NCBI GenBank assembly: GCA_031362565.1 | Contig: JANLSU010000078.1 | Location: 1-64,000 of the forward strand | DNA from: a bacterium | GTDB lineage: Bacteria; Krumholzibacteriota; Krumholzibacteriia; G020349025 | DNA length: 64,000 nucleotides | Direction of reading: 5' to 3' | Shown here: positions 38,682 to 48,710 of the stretch, one piece after another | Layout of the letters: every line of letters begins with the position of its first letter | Numbering within the stretch: the first letter of the stretch is position 1 | Notes under the pieces: model-generated | Databases searched by the model: none | Seen by the model: only the letters and a program-made list of their open reading frames with translations | Told to the model about the DNA's origin: nothing | Position numbers and translations under genes: made by a program

Positions 38682-40796
38682 CTATCGCGTTTCGCAGCCG
38701 CAATAGGGGCAGGCTTGCCACTCCGGGCTTTGCGGGGCATTGCACTGGGTGCAGTAGGCTTGCTTCCAGTCGCGCTCGATTTCGTTGCCGCAGTGGGCGC
38801 AGACTTCCCAGTTCGCTTCGACCGGCCGGGTGCACGTCGGACAGCTCTCGCGCAGCACCGTCTTGCAGTACGGGCAGTTGGCGTATTCGATACTGACGAG
38901 CTGCTTGCAGCCGGTGCACAGGCGCTCGTGCGCTTCTTCCGACAGCAGGCAACGCTCGACCTCGGCGATCGTCGTGATGCCTTCCAAGACGGCACGCTTG
39001 CCGTATTCGCCCAAGGTCATCATGCCGTCGCGGCGCGCCGCATTGCGCAGCGCCGAGGAGGAGGCACGTTCGAGCACCATGCGGTGGTATCGCTCCTCGA
39101 GCCGGAAGTATTCGAAGACCGCCAGGCGGCCCCGATAGCCGGTGAAGCCGCATTCGGTGCAGCCGAGGCCGCGGTACAACTGCGGAACGTCGGTTCCGAG
39201 CACGGCGATCTCGGTGGGACTCGGCACGTAGGCTTCCTTGCACGGCACACAGATCGTGCGCACGAGCCGCTGCGCCAAAACTCCGCGCAGGGTCGCGGTG
39301 ATGAGATACGGCACACAGCCCATGTCCACCAGGCGCGCCACGGCTTGCGTCGCGTCGTTGGTGTGCAGCGTGCTGAAGACCTTGTGGCCGGTCAGTGCAG
39401 CTCGACACGCAATCTCGACGGTGTCATTGCTGCGAATTTCGCCGACCAGCACCACATCCGGGTCCTGCCGCAGGATCGATTGCAACGCCCGTTCGAAGGT
39501 CAAACCGGCCGGTTCATTGATCTGAACCTGGGTGATGCCCGCCAGCGAATACTCGATCGGGTCTTCGATGGCGACGATGTTCTGCGATTCCCGGTCGAGT
39601 GCCGCGAGCGTCGCGTACAGCGTCGTCGTCTTGCCGCTGCCGGTCGGCCCGGTGACCAGGAAGAATCCCTGCGGGTTTTCGATCATGTCGCGATGCAGGG
39701 CCCGGATTGCATCCGGCATTTGCAGCTTGGTGATGTCGAGAAGACTCATGTCCTTCTTCAACAGGCGCACGACGATCTTTTCACCGAACTGCGATGGCAG
39801 GCTCGAGACCCGCAGGTCGACGAGGATGCCGTCGCGCTGCATCGAGAAGCGGCCGTCTTGTGGCATCCGGCGCTCGGCAATGTCCATTTGCGACATGACT
39901 TTCAATCGTGACGTGACCGCCGGGGTCAGCGCATCCGGCAGTGACGCAACATGATGCAGGATGCCGTCGATTCGAAAGCGAATGCCGAGCGCGCCAAGCC
40001 CCGGCTCTACATGCGCGTCGGTGGCATCCATCGAATATGCCGCGCTCAACATTTCCTCGACGATATCGGTCGCATTCGCGGCGTGTTGCTTCAGCCGTTC
40101 TTCGATGTCGAAACGGCCGGCGTGTTGCGACGCCTGGCCGGACACCGCCGGCGCCGAGTCGAATTCGTCCCGCGCCGCCGCCGGCAGGGGCCGTGCAGTT
40201 TCGACGCCCGGCGCTGGACCAGTGGCGGTCGATGCCCACGGCGTCGGTCCGGCGGCCGCCGTGGCTTGCACCGCCGGCGCCGGGGCGCGTCCGCGTCCCA
40301 TCTCAGTGTGCGTGGCCTCCGACTGGGCGACGAGTTCGGCGACCTTGGCGTAGTGCGCGTCGATGACTTCGCAAAGATCGCCGGGCAGCGCTACGAAGCT
40401 GCGCAGCTTGCGCTGCAGCACTGCCGTCACGGCTTCCAGTGCGGCTTCGTTGTCGGGCCGCGCGAATGCGACGCACACCGTGTCGCCCTGAACACCGACG
40501 ACGAGCGCTTGATGCCGCTTGGCAAGGCGCGACGGCAGCATGCGCACGAGACGCGCATCGTAGACGACCGCATGCACGTCGATCGCCGGGGAGAAATAGT
40601 AGTTCTCGAGCACCTGGAGGAGCTGGCGGCGCGACATGGCGCCTTCGCGGACGAGCAACGCCTCGATGGAGATCTGTTCGTCTTGCGCCACCGCCGCCCA
40701 CAAGCTGGCGCGTGGTTCATCGAGAATCTTGCAATGGATGAGAATGGCGTCGAGCCCGACCTCTTCGGCGGATCGAAGCGCTTCGGTCAACGGCAT
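38682..40796 (-). CDS. GspE/PilB-family ATPase with N-terminal MshEN-like domain and C-terminal zinc ribbons
   Basis: DIAERRMPQDGR, TGPTGSGKTTTLY, EDPIEY, LRQDPD, STLHTN, CxxC pair, multiple C-terminal CxxC motifs. Confidence 0.92.
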   Translation of the reverse strand: MPLTEALRSAEEVGLDAILIHCKILDEPRASLWAAVAQDEQISIEALLVREGAMSRRQLLQVLENYYFSPAIDVHAVVYDARLVRMLPSRLAKRHQALVVGVQGDTVCVAFARPDNEAALEAVTAVLQRKLRSFVALPGDLCEVIDAHYAKVAELVAQSEATHTEMGRGRAPAPAVQATAAAGPTPWASTATGPAPGVETARPLPAAARDEFDSAPAVSGQASQHAGRFDIEERLKQHAANATDIVEEMLSAAYSMDATDAHVEPGLGALGIRFRIDGILHHVASLPDALTPAVTSRLKVMSQMDIAERRMPQDGRFSMQRDGILVDLRVSSLPSQFGEKIVVRLLKKDMSLLDITKLQMPDAIRALHRDMIENPQGFFLVTGPTGSGKTTTLYATLAALDRESQNIVAIEDPIEYSLAGITQVQINEPAGLTFERALQSILRQDPDVVLVGEIRSNDTVEIACRAALTGHKVFSTLHTNDATQAVARLVDMGCVPYLITATLRGVLAQRLVRTICVPCKEAYVPSPTEIAVLGTDVPQLYRGLGCTECGFTGYRGRLAVFEYFRLEERYHRMVLERASSSALRNAARRDGMMTLGEYGKRAVLEGITTIAEVERCLLSEEAHERLCTGCKQLVSIEYANCPYCKTVLRESCPTCTRPVEANWEVCAHCGNEIERDWKQAYCTQCNAPQSPEWQACPYCGCETR

Positions 40797-42271
40797 GACA
40801 TGCCTCGCGTTTCAGCCGCCGGCGCCATCTGCTGGAGATGCACGCGCGCCTGATCGTCGTCGCCCAACTTGTGATACAGACCCGCGAGACGCCGGTGTGC
40901 TTCCTCGCACGTCGCGTCGATCTGCAGCACGTTTTCGTAACTCTCGGCAGCCGCCGCGAGTTGGTTCAAGCCCATGCGGAGCCGCGCTTGCAAGCGGAAC
41001 AACTCCGCATCGCGCACCTGCTGCACGGCTTCACCCGCGGTGGTGAGCGCCGCATCGAGATCGGTGTCGGCGAGCGCGCACACCAGTTCGCACCAGCCGC
41101 CCGCCAGGTCGGGCTCGAGCTGTGTGGCGCGCCGCCAGTGCGTGAGCGCTGCATCGTGCGCGCCGCGCTGAGCTGCGAGGCGCGCCAGGAGGCGCTCACA
41201 CGGCGCCCACCCGGGCCGGGCTGCCTGTACCTCTGCTGCAGCCTCTGCCGCCTGGGCCCAATTCCCGGCGCGGAACTGACACTCCGCCAAAATGAGCCAA
41301 GCGCGCGGTGCGTCCGGCGCAAAGCCCAGGCTCGAGCCGCTAGCGGTTCCACGCGCGCACTGCCGCAAGTACGCCTGCGCGTCGGCGCGCGCGGCATCGA
41401 AGGCACCTTGGCGCGTCCGCGCTGCGGCACGCACCAAGAGCGCCATCGCCGTCTGCGGGTCGATCCGCAGCGCTGCATCCGCCGCGGTCACCGCCTCAGC
41501 CAATCGTCCGAGTTTCAGCAAGACACTCGCCAGGTTCTGGTACGCGGCGGCGCGGTGTGCCGAATCGAGGCTGTTGGTGCGAAGCGCCGCCTCGTAGTAC
41601 GGCACGGCTTCAGCCGGTTGCTGCAGCAAGGATTGCGTCTCGGCCAAGTGATACAGCACGAATCCATCGCCCGGGCGGTCGGCAAGATCGAGTTCGAGAA
41701 GACGAAGATTGCGCTCCAACTTGATCCGTTTGGGTCCCGTGTCGATACAGTAGCCAGAATGCACGAGCACAATATCGCTCCTGCCGATCACGCACCCGGC
41801 GGCGGCGAGCGATGGGGTCACTTGTTCGTGAACGCGGCCCTGGAATCGCACCCCGGCGAGATTGCGGAACAGGCGCGGGTAGCGATGGACGAATTCCTGG
41901 CCTGCCTGCGAGCCGGCAAGCGGGCTGCGAATCGCGACCAGCCAAGCACCGGTATCGGCACGGCGCAGGCACTGTCGCAACGCCGCCTCTTGGCCCGGCG
42001 CCAACTCTTCGTCGGCGTCGAGACACAGGATCCAGTCGCCGGTTGCGGCCGCCAACGCTGCGTTGCGTGCCGCCGCGAAATCCTCTTGCCATGGCACTTC
42101 GAGGACGCGCGCCCCGTGTGCTTGGGCGATCGCAATCGTCGCATCGGTCGAACCCGTGTCCACGACGATGATTTCCGGCGCGACGTCGCGCACCGAGGCC
42201 AGCGCCTTCGCCACGACCGCAGCTTCGTTGCGGACGATCATGCAGATGGAGAGATTGCTGCCGCGATGCAT
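40787..42271 (-). CDS. GT2 + TPR glycosyltransferase (probable flagellin glycosylation)
   Basis: LSICMIVRNE, VDTGSTD, DFAAARN, LDADE, GRVHEQ, H.GY, then TPRs. AAGGAG RBS. Confidence 0.88.
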   Translation of the reverse strand: MHRGSNLSICMIVRNEAAVVAKALASVRDVAPEIIVVDTGSTDATIAIAQAHGARVLEVPWQEDFAAARNAALAAATGDWILCLDADEELAPGQEAALRQCLRRADTGAWLVAIRSPLAGSQAGQEFVHRYPRLFRNLAGVRFQGRVHEQVTPSLAAAGCVIGRSDIVLVHSGYCIDTGPKRIKLERNLRLLELDLADRPGDGFVLYHLAETQSLLQQPAEAVPYYEAALRTNSLDSAHRAAAYQNLASVLLKLGRLAEAVTAADAALRIDPQTAMALLVRAAARTRQGAFDAARADAQAYLRQCARGTASGSSLGFAPDAPRAWLILAECQFRAGNWAQAAEAAAEVQAARPGWAPCERLLARLAAQRGAHDAALTHWRRATQLEPDLAGGWCELVCALADTDLDAALTTAGEAVQQVRDAELFRLQARLRMGLNQLAAAAESYENVLQIDATCEEAHRRLAGLYHKLGDDDQARVHLQQMAPAAETRGMSCR

Positions 42272-42285
42272 GGCGGACTCCTTCG

Positions 42286-42735
42286 TCACGCGTCGCCACG
42301 CCGCGCTTGCAGCGCGTCGAGGACCCGGTAACGTGCTGGCCAGCGATCACCGGGAAGCACGATTTGAACGCCACGGCGGCGCTTGGGATTGACGAGAATC
42401 GGCCCCTTCAAATTGGCGGTCATCTCGCCCGGGTCATCGGGAATACCGACCGTGACCAGTACCATCACGCCCGAATCTTCCCACCAGTGCACCGCGGCCG
42501 CGTCGGCTTCGGAAATCTCGACGGTGTAGTCCGGGCAAATGAGGAACGGCTCGATGACGACGAATGCCAAAGAGGGGTCTTGCAGCGATTGCAGCAGCCG
42601 CAGCGGCGACTTCGGGCCATGCTCGAGCAGTACGTAGCGATGCTCGTGCTCGAACCCAAAGAGGCCGCGCTCGAACTCCAAGACATCCGCCTCGGAGACC
42701 TCGACCACACCGTATCGCTCCGTCTGCACCTGCAT
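42286..42735 (-). CDS. fliW: Flagellar assembly factor FliW
   Basis: GLFGFE, LQSLQDPSLAFVVIEPF, MTANLKGPILVN. Confidence 0.93.
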   Translation of the reverse strand: MQVQTERYGVVEVSEADVLEFERGLFGFEHEHRYVLLEHGPKSPLRLLQSLQDPSLAFVVIEPFLICPDYTVEISEADAAAVHWWEDSGVMVLVTVGIPDDPGEMTANLKGPILVNPKRRRGVQIVLPGDRWPARYRVLDALQARRGDA

Positions 42736-42768
42736 CGAAATCCGACGCCCCTTCTTCCCCCAAAGGAA

Positions 42769-43878
42769 CTACCGCAGGAAGTTCGTGAGACTCATTTGAA
42801 ACATGCGCGAGGTGGCCGCGAGCGCCGCCTGATAGGCGTTCTGTTGCGCCTGCAGCCGCACCATCGTCTCGGGCAGATCCGCGTCCCGCACCTGGGACAG
42901 GTGGTCTTCGAGCGCCAGGTGGTCGCTGGCCAGGAGTTGGCTCTGGGTCTCGAGCGCCGCCGACCGCGCGCCGAGCAATCCGACTTGCTTGCCGACGTTG
43001 GAAATCGCCGTGTCGATGCCGCTCAAGAGCGAGCGCACCTTGTCGCCGTCGTTTTTCCACAGGGCGTTCTTGAGATCGATGGCGAGTTGAAACAAATTGC
43101 TGCCGTTGGTGAAGACTTCCGGCCCGGTGAGATTCACGGGTTCGGTCCGTTCCGGGCCGATCTGGCGCAAGATGTCACCCGTCAGCGTGCCTTGAGCCGG
43201 TACGGCGCTCGTCGTCTGGGTCGTGTAACTCGCGGTGTAGTCCGTGCCGTCGAGCATCGCGCCGCCCGGAATCGCTTCGATGCGGCCTTTGTCGTAGTCG
43301 ATGCGGTAGTCGACGCCTTCGCGATAGGTCACCGCACCGTTGGTCGATCGCACCACGACCGATCCGGCGGCGAGCTTGGCGTTCGCCAGGTCGACCTCAG
43401 TGGCGATTCCGGCGCGAAACGTCTCCGAAGCGACCGCCGTGCTCTTGGCATAGGGCGCTGACTCGCTGCGGAAACCACCAAAGAGATACCGGTCGCCATC
43501 CGTGGCGTTCGCTTGCTCCACCAATTCCTGCAGCAACTGATCGACGGAAGTGCCCAAGGTGCCGCGTTCGCCGTTCGAGTCGTCGCTGCCGCGGAGTGCG
43601 ATCTCCTTGAGCTTCGACAAGAGTTCCTGCACGGTGCCCAAGGGATGCTCGGTCGCCGCCACCCAATGCGCCCCGTCGTCGACATTGGCCTGGTACTGCG
43701 CGTTGCGCTCCAGGAGCGCTTGTAGCTTTTGCGACAGCATCGTGCCGCTCGGATCCTGCGACGGCCGCGCGAACCGCCGTCCCGTGGCGATTTCCTGCTG
43801 GTATTCGTTGATCTGGCCGAGGGCCCGCGCAACGTTTTGGCGCATCGAACGATGCATCTGTGCGTCGGTGACTCTCAT
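42769..43878 (-). CDS. flgL: Hook-associated protein FlgL
   Basis: MRVT, IATGRR..PSQDP, RYLFGG, QQNAYQAAL, SLTNFL. Confidence 0.93.
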   Translation of the reverse strand: MRVTDAQMHRSMRQNVARALGQINEYQQEIATGRRFARPSQDPSGTMLSQKLQALLERNAQYQANVDDGAHWVAATEHPLGTVQELLSKLKEIALRGSDDSNGERGTLGTSVDQLLQELVEQANATDGDRYLFGGFRSESAPYAKSTAVASETFRAGIATEVDLANAKLAAGSVVVRSTNGAVTYREGVDYRIDYDKGRIEAIPGGAMLDGTDYTASYTTQTTSAVPAQGTLTGDILRQIGPERTEPVNLTGPEVFTNGSNLFQLAIDLKNALWKNDGDKVRSLLSGIDTAISNVGKQVGLLGARSAALETQSQLLASDHLALEDHLSQVRDADLPETMVRLQAQQNAYQAALAATSRMFQMSLTNFLR

Positions 43879-43888
43879 TCGGGCCTCC

Positions 43889-45256
43889 TCACATCCGGAC
43901 GATGGAATCGAGCATCTGGTCGATGGTCGTCGTGACGCGTACCATCGCCTGGTACGCATGCTGCGTCGCCATCATCTGGGTCATTTCTTCGTCGAGCGAG
44001 ACGCCGCTGACGTCGGCGCGCTGCGCATCGATCTGGTCGAGGATCGCGCCTTGCGCGTCCTGAAACGATTGCGCTTGGCTGGTGTCGAGGCCGATACGGC
44101 CGACCATGCTGCGATAGGCCGAACCCAGCGTCTCGGTGCCGTTGCCCAGCAGTTTCGAGCCGGCGATCTGCGCCATCGCAAGCGCCTGGCGCCCATCGCC
44201 GCGCTCGCCGCCGGCCGATGCGGCGATGAGGTTGACGTCGCCCTCGATCGCGGCGTCGATCCGGATGTCGCCGGCGTGGACGCGCGTCGGATCAAAGAAA
44301 TTGTGTCCGGTCGACCCATCGAGCCTGGTGCCCGCCGCATGGATCCGGTTGGTTTCGGCGATGAGGCCAGCCGCGATGTCGTCCAGGGCCTGGCGATAGG
44401 CGGCAATTCGGTCATCGCGCGTCGTGAGAAGTCCGCTCAGACGTCCGCCGGCGAGAACGGGTGATTGCTTCGTATCCTGCCAACGGATGGCGGTGGAGCC
44501 GCTCCCCGGATCCGCGACTTCCAAGGCGCGTGCTTCCGGCCCCTGCACCAGCACCTCGGAGCCAAGATGCACCGTGATGGATCCGGCGGCGTTCTCTTCC
44601 ACTTGCACGTTGGCGAGGCCGGCGAGTTCATCGACCAACCGGTCGCGCTCGTCGAGCAGGCCGCTCGGTTCGTCGCCATTCGATTTGGCGGCCACGACCA
44701 TGGCATTGAGAGCGCCGAGACGTGTCGCGATCGAATTGACGCGGTCGACGCCCGTGCCGATCTCGCCGTTGATGTCTTCGACCAGAGAGTCGAGATGCGA
44801 ATCGAGCCGCTTGAAGGTGTCGGTCAGCGCCCGCGCTTTCTCACGCACCGCGATGCGTGCCGAACCACTCTCGGGCTGGTTCGCGAGGTCGCTCCAGGAC
44901 TTCCAATACTCGGCGAGTGCCGGTCCGAGGCCGGTGCTGTCGTCGGCTGGAAAAGCGCTTTCGACCCGCGACAGCGATTCTTGCATCGAACCCCAACGCC
45001 CGAAATCGGTGTGGTGGCCGCGATACGACTTGTCGAGAATTCCATCCCGGGCCCGGCTCACGCCGACCACGTCGACGCCGGTGCCCATGCTGCCGGAGGG
45101 CGTTTGAATATCCATTCCGGGCCGCAATTCGGCGCGCCGGCGCGAGTAGCCGGGCGTCTCGACGTTGGCAATGTTGCCGCCCAGCACGTTCAGCGTCAGC
45201 TGATGGGCCCGCAGCGCGCGGCGCGCAATCTCCAAGCCTGCCGATAGACCGAACAC
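43889..45256 (-). CDS. flgK: Hook-associated protein FlgK
   Basis: NIANVETPGYSRR, LLDERDRL, SGVSLDEE. Confidence 0.94.
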   Translation of the reverse strand: MFGLSAGLEIARRALRAHQLTLNVLGGNIANVETPGYSRRRAELRPGMDIQTPSGSMGTGVDVVGVSRARDGILDKSYRGHHTDFGRWGSMQESLSRVESAFPADDSTGLGPALAEYWKSWSDLANQPESGSARIAVREKARALTDTFKRLDSHLDSLVEDINGEIGTGVDRVNSIATRLGALNAMVVAAKSNGDEPSGLLDERDRLVDELAGLANVQVEENAAGSITVHLGSEVLVQGPEARALEVADPGSGSTAIRWQDTKQSPVLAGGRLSGLLTTRDDRIAAYRQALDDIAAGLIAETNRIHAAGTRLDGSTGHNFFDPTRVHAGDIRIDAAIEGDVNLIAASAGGERGDGRQALAMAQIAGSKLLGNGTETLGSAYRSMVGRIGLDTSQAQSFQDAQGAILDQIDAQRADVSGVSLDEEMTQMMATQHAYQAMVRVTTTIDQMLDSIVRM

Positions 45257-45268
45257 GGCGTCCTCCGT

Positions 45269-45781
45269 TCAGGCACTGTGATCGACGAGAGTGTCGATCT
45301 GGCTGCGAGTCAGCGTTCCCGAGGCTTGGTACGTCGGTGCTGCCGGCGCGCGGCCGCTTGCCGCCGCCAGCATCGTTTCGATGAATTCGAGCGACTGCTC
45401 GATGAGACGGCGGTTGTCGTTGTTGACCCGCGTGACGATCGCGAGCGCTTCGCGGCCGGTCGTCGAGAGCGACTCGAGCTCCTGGCCCAGCGTGCCACCC
45501 AACGCGCCCGCCAGGTCGCGCAGTGTCGCCTTGCCGGCCTCGAGTCCCAATCCGGCCGAAAGCTGGGTCAGGACGCGGGTGCGTTGTTCGTCGGCGGTAC
45601 GGAGCTTGTCGAGCACTGCCGTCTGCTCGGCAAGCGATGCCAGAACGGCCTCGACATCGCGGCCGATAACCGCGGTTTGCTGCTGCCGCAAGGTCGCTTC
45701 GAGCTTGCGCAGGTGATCGACCTGTTGGTTGACCAACGTCGCGAGTTCGCGCGCCAGTTCTTCGTGCCGGGAGCCGGTCAT
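45269..45781 (-). CDS. flgN: Flagellar chaperone FlgN
   Basis: Coiled-coil protein with N..N..LIEQSL and a C-terminal TY..SG; position before flgK. Confidence 0.8.
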   Translation of the reverse strand: MTGSRHEELARELATLVNQQVDHLRKLEATLRQQQTAVIGRDVEAVLASLAEQTAVLDKLRTADEQRTRVLTQLSAGLGLEAGKATLRDLAGALGGTLGQELESLSTTGREALAIVTRVNNDNRRLIEQSLEFIETMLAAASGRAPAAPTYQASGTLTRSQIDTLVDHSA

Positions 45782-46173
45782 CGCTTGCCTCCGTCTGGCG
45801 CGTTCAGGGCGCCGTCCGCGGTCGCTGCGTGGCGCTTCGATTGCGCTTCGAGTTGCTGGCCCAAGTCGTGGCCAAGGCCGATGCCGCCGCGATGCGCCAA
45901 CGCCACCGACAAATGCTCGTCCATGACATCGCGCATGAGCCCGTTGCCGGTCGGTGCGTCCGAATCCTCGGCCATCGCCTCGGTCGAGGCGCGCATCGTG
46001 CGCAGCATCGTCGCCAAGAGCAGCGACTCGAAGTCCTGCGCCGAGCGCTCGAGCTTCAGACGGTCGGCCGCATGCGGTTCGGCGGCGCGTTCCGCCGGCA
46101 AGCCCGCGGACGGCGCCTGCAAGGGGATGCCCGGCGGGCGCTGCAGCGGCACGAACGAAATAGGTCCGGGCAT
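45778..46173 (-). CDS. flgJ: Rod-binding protein FlgJ (short form, no muramidase domain)
   Basis: AQDFESLLL..ML..MR, D..L...GGIGL. Confidence 0.85.
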   Translation of the reverse strand: MPGPISFVPLQRPPGIPLQAPSAGLPAERAAEPHAADRLKLERSAQDFESLLLATMLRTMRASTEAMAEDSDAPTGNGLMRDVMDEHLSVALAHRGGIGLGHDLGQQLEAQSKRHAATADGALNAPDGGKR

Positions 46174-46180
46174 GGTGACC

Positions 46181-47323
46181 TCACAGAATTCGCAGCTCGG
46201 CGCGCAATGCGCCGGCTTCTTTGAGCGCCTGGAAGATGGCGATCATGTCGCGCGGTCCGACACCGAGCGCATTGAGCGCCCGCGCCAGATCGCCGACGCT
46301 CGCCGATTCCTGCAACGGGAACAGCCCGCCGCCATCTTCACTCGCCTCGATCTGGTTTTCCTGGGCCACGACGGTCTCGCCGTGCGCCAACGAGCGCGGC
46401 TGCGAGACGACCGGCTTCGAGTCGATCTTCACCGACAAGTTGCCATGCGCCACCGCCACGCTCGCGATCGACACGTGTTCGCCGGCCACGATGGTGCCGG
46501 TGCGCTCGTTGACCACGAGACGCGCCGCGATATCCGGTTCCACATCCAACGATTCGATGCGTGCCAGCAACGTGACGCGAGCCGCGCGGCCGTCCAGGGA
46601 CGAGTCACGAATCGCCGCCGCCGGAACTTGGATTGTTCCGGCATCGATGGCGCGCGCCGTCTTGCCACCCAACTCGCGATTGATTGCCGCGGCAACGCGC
46701 AGCGCGGTGGTGAAATCGGGTTCGTCCAGAACAACGGTGATGCCGTCGCTGATACGCGGCGGATTCCATTCGCTTTCGATCGCACCGCCGCCGGGGACGC
46801 GGCCGACAAGCACGTAATTTTGCGCCACCTTGCTGTCGCCGCCGCGCGCACTGAAGCCGCCGACGGAAACCGGCCCCTGGGCGCTCGCGTAGACGAGACC
46901 CTCGGGGGTCGCGAGCGGCGTGTACAGGAGCGTGCCACCTTCCAGGCTCTTGGCGTCACCGAGCGACGAGACGCTGACGTCGAAACGCGCGCCGCGGCGC
47001 TGATACGGTTGCATGCGCGCCACCACCATGACGGCGGCGACGTTCTTGACCCGCACCTGGCCTTCGGGAACGGTCACTCCGAGGCGCGTCAGCATGTTGC
47101 CGACCGATTGCATCGTGAATGTCGAGGAGCGGGAGTCACCGCTGCCGTCCAAGCCGACGACGATGCCATAGCCCACGAGTTGCTGTTCCGCACCCGGATC
47201 GATGCGCGCCATGTCTTTCAGACGGACCCCGGCCGTTGCCGGCGCTGCCATGCCGAGCATGGCGGCGATGGCGGCCGCGATCAACAGTGCCACGTGACGC
47301 GGGGTACGAATCGTCCGGCGCAT
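46181..47323 (-). CDS. flgI: P-ring protein FlgI
   Basis: RLKD, LVGYGIVVGLDGSGD, KNVAAVMV, NERTGTIV. Confidence 0.95.
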   Translation of the reverse strand: MRRTIRTPRHVALLIAAAIAAMLGMAAPATAGVRLKDMARIDPGAEQQLVGYGIVVGLDGSGDSRSSTFTMQSVGNMLTRLGVTVPEGQVRVKNVAAVMVVARMQPYQRRGARFDVSVSSLGDAKSLEGGTLLYTPLATPEGLVYASAQGPVSVGGFSARGGDSKVAQNYVLVGRVPGGGAIESEWNPPRISDGITVVLDEPDFTTALRVAAAINRELGGKTARAIDAGTIQVPAAAIRDSSLDGRAARVTLLARIESLDVEPDIAARLVVNERTGTIVAGEHVSIASVAVAHGNLSVKIDSKPVVSQPRSLAHGETVVAQENQIEASEDGGGLFPLQESASVGDLARALNALGVGPRDMIAIFQALKEAGALRAELRIL

Positions 47324-47964
47324 CAGAACAACCAGCCTAGGACGCGGGCGATGACGTTGGGCTTGGTGCCATTCGTCATCTGGCCCTTGCCTTTGTAGAG
47401 GATTTTGGCGTTGGCGATGTCGGATGAGAACACGACGTTGCCTTCGCGAATGTCGATCGGGCGCACGATGCCCGAGAGCTGCAGGATCTCCTTCTCGTCG
47501 TTGATCTGCACTTCGTGCTCGCCGCTGATCCCGAGATCGCCGTTGGCGCGCACCTCGTTCACGGTGACCGCCATGCGCGCCGTCAGCCGGCCCTCGCGGC
47601 TCAGTTGTCCGGCGCCCGTGTGGTCGCTGCCAAGATCTGCCGACATGCCGAAGTCGGGCAGGAACTTCAGCGCCCCGGTCCCGGCATCGGCTTTGTTCTG
47701 GAACTTGCTTTTGCGGCTGGTGGAAATCGTCGAGGAGTTGCTGGCACTCGCCCGCTCGACAATCGCCACAGTCAAAATGTCGCCCAGTGCGCGCGCATGG
47801 ACGTCGGCGAAAAGCGACGCCTGGCGCACGGTGCGCGGGCCGTTCGCTGCGGCGGGTGCGGCTGTGGCTGTGGCCGGCACCGCGGTGTTGGTTTGGATTT
47901 CGGCGGCGGCGCTCTGCGCCAGTATCGCGCCGACCAGACTGACCAGGAACCCATGGCGAATCAT
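47323..47964 (-). CDS. flgH: L-ring protein FlgH
   Basis: SLFAD..A..GDILTV, NGDL.I.G, GIVRPIDI, S..IANA. Confidence 0.92.
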   Translation of the reverse strand: MIRHGFLVSLVGAILAQSAAAEIQTNTAVPATATAAPAAANGPRTVRQASLFADVHARALGDILTVAIVERASASNSSTISTSRKSKFQNKADAGTGALKFLPDFGMSADLGSDHTGAGQLSREGRLTARMAVTVNEVRANGDLGISGEHEVQINDEKEILQLSGIVRPIDIREGNVVFSSDIANAKILYKGKGQMTNGTKPNVIARVLGWLF

Positions 47965-47967
47965 CGT

Positions 47968-48696
47968 TCAGCCTCCGATCGCGTTGTCGTCGAGCTCGAT
48001 GCGGACACTGCCCGGGCCCATGACGGTGGCCTGCAGGCGGCGGCCGCTGCGGTCGTTCTTGATCGCGACGCGTTGTCCGACGGCGCCGTCATCGAGAGCG
48101 ATGCCGCTCACCGTTACGGTGATGCCGCCCAAACCGAGGGTCGCCATGACCTTGTCGCCGCGCCGGATAACGGGCAGTGGTTCGAGATCACTTGGATGGA
48201 CCGTTTCGCCGGCGCTGAAGCTGCGCCGCAGGCGCATGCCGCGCACCGATTCGACGCTCGCCACCACAGTGTCGCCGTCGGCGGCTGCCTCGCGGCGTTC
48301 AACGCTGAACTGTTCGGGAGCGGCCGCGGCGCCGCGGCCGATGGGTGCGACCGCGACCAGCACACTGCGGTAGACACGCAATTGCACGGACACCGAGCGT
48401 TCACCGATCTTCGTGCCATCACGCCACATCTCGAGCGCCACCAGGGTCGGCCCGGAGGCACGCCGGGTGCCGAGAACGCGGCCGTGAATCTCGGCTTCCT
48501 GACCTTGCAGTCCACCCAGCGCCGGCATCGGGCCGCAAACGACCTCGACGTCCGCACCGGTTCCGAAGGCGGACCGCGCGGCATCCTCGGCGGCCAGCGC
48601 CAGGGCGCGGGCATCGAGGACCACGGCGGCGGCGCGCGGCGCAGCCACGAGCGCCAAGAGCGCCACCAGCAGCACCAGTTTCGAGAGTCGTTGCAT
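47968..48696 (-). CDS. flgA: P-ring formation chaperone FlgA
   Basis: Signal peptide and SAF-like domain IRRGDKV..ALDDGAVGQ.V...N..SG. Confidence 0.85.
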   Translation of the reverse strand: MQRLSKLVLLVALLALVAAPRAAAVVLDARALALAAEDAARSAFGTGADVEVVCGPMPALGGLQGQEAEIHGRVLGTRRASGPTLVALEMWRDGTKIGERSVSVQLRVYRSVLVAVAPIGRGAAAAPEQFSVERREAAADGDTVVASVESVRGMRLRRSFSAGETVHPSDLEPLPVIRRGDKVMATLGLGGITVTVSGIALDDGAVGQRVAIKNDRSGRRLQATVMGPGSVRIELDDNAIGG

Positions 48697-48710
48697 CGCG
48701 GGCTTCCTCC

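Noticed and set aside
38656..39408. N-terminal extension of the KaiC-like ORF (809 aa)
   Set aside because: It overlaps the gspE 3' end in another frame; KaiC homology begins after ATG 38655.
45278..47398. Long antisense ORFs (this one and e.g. 6478-8004, 14005-15324, 52049-53590)
   Set aside because: Shadow frames of well-supported genes, expected in high-GC DNA, with no recognisable motifs.
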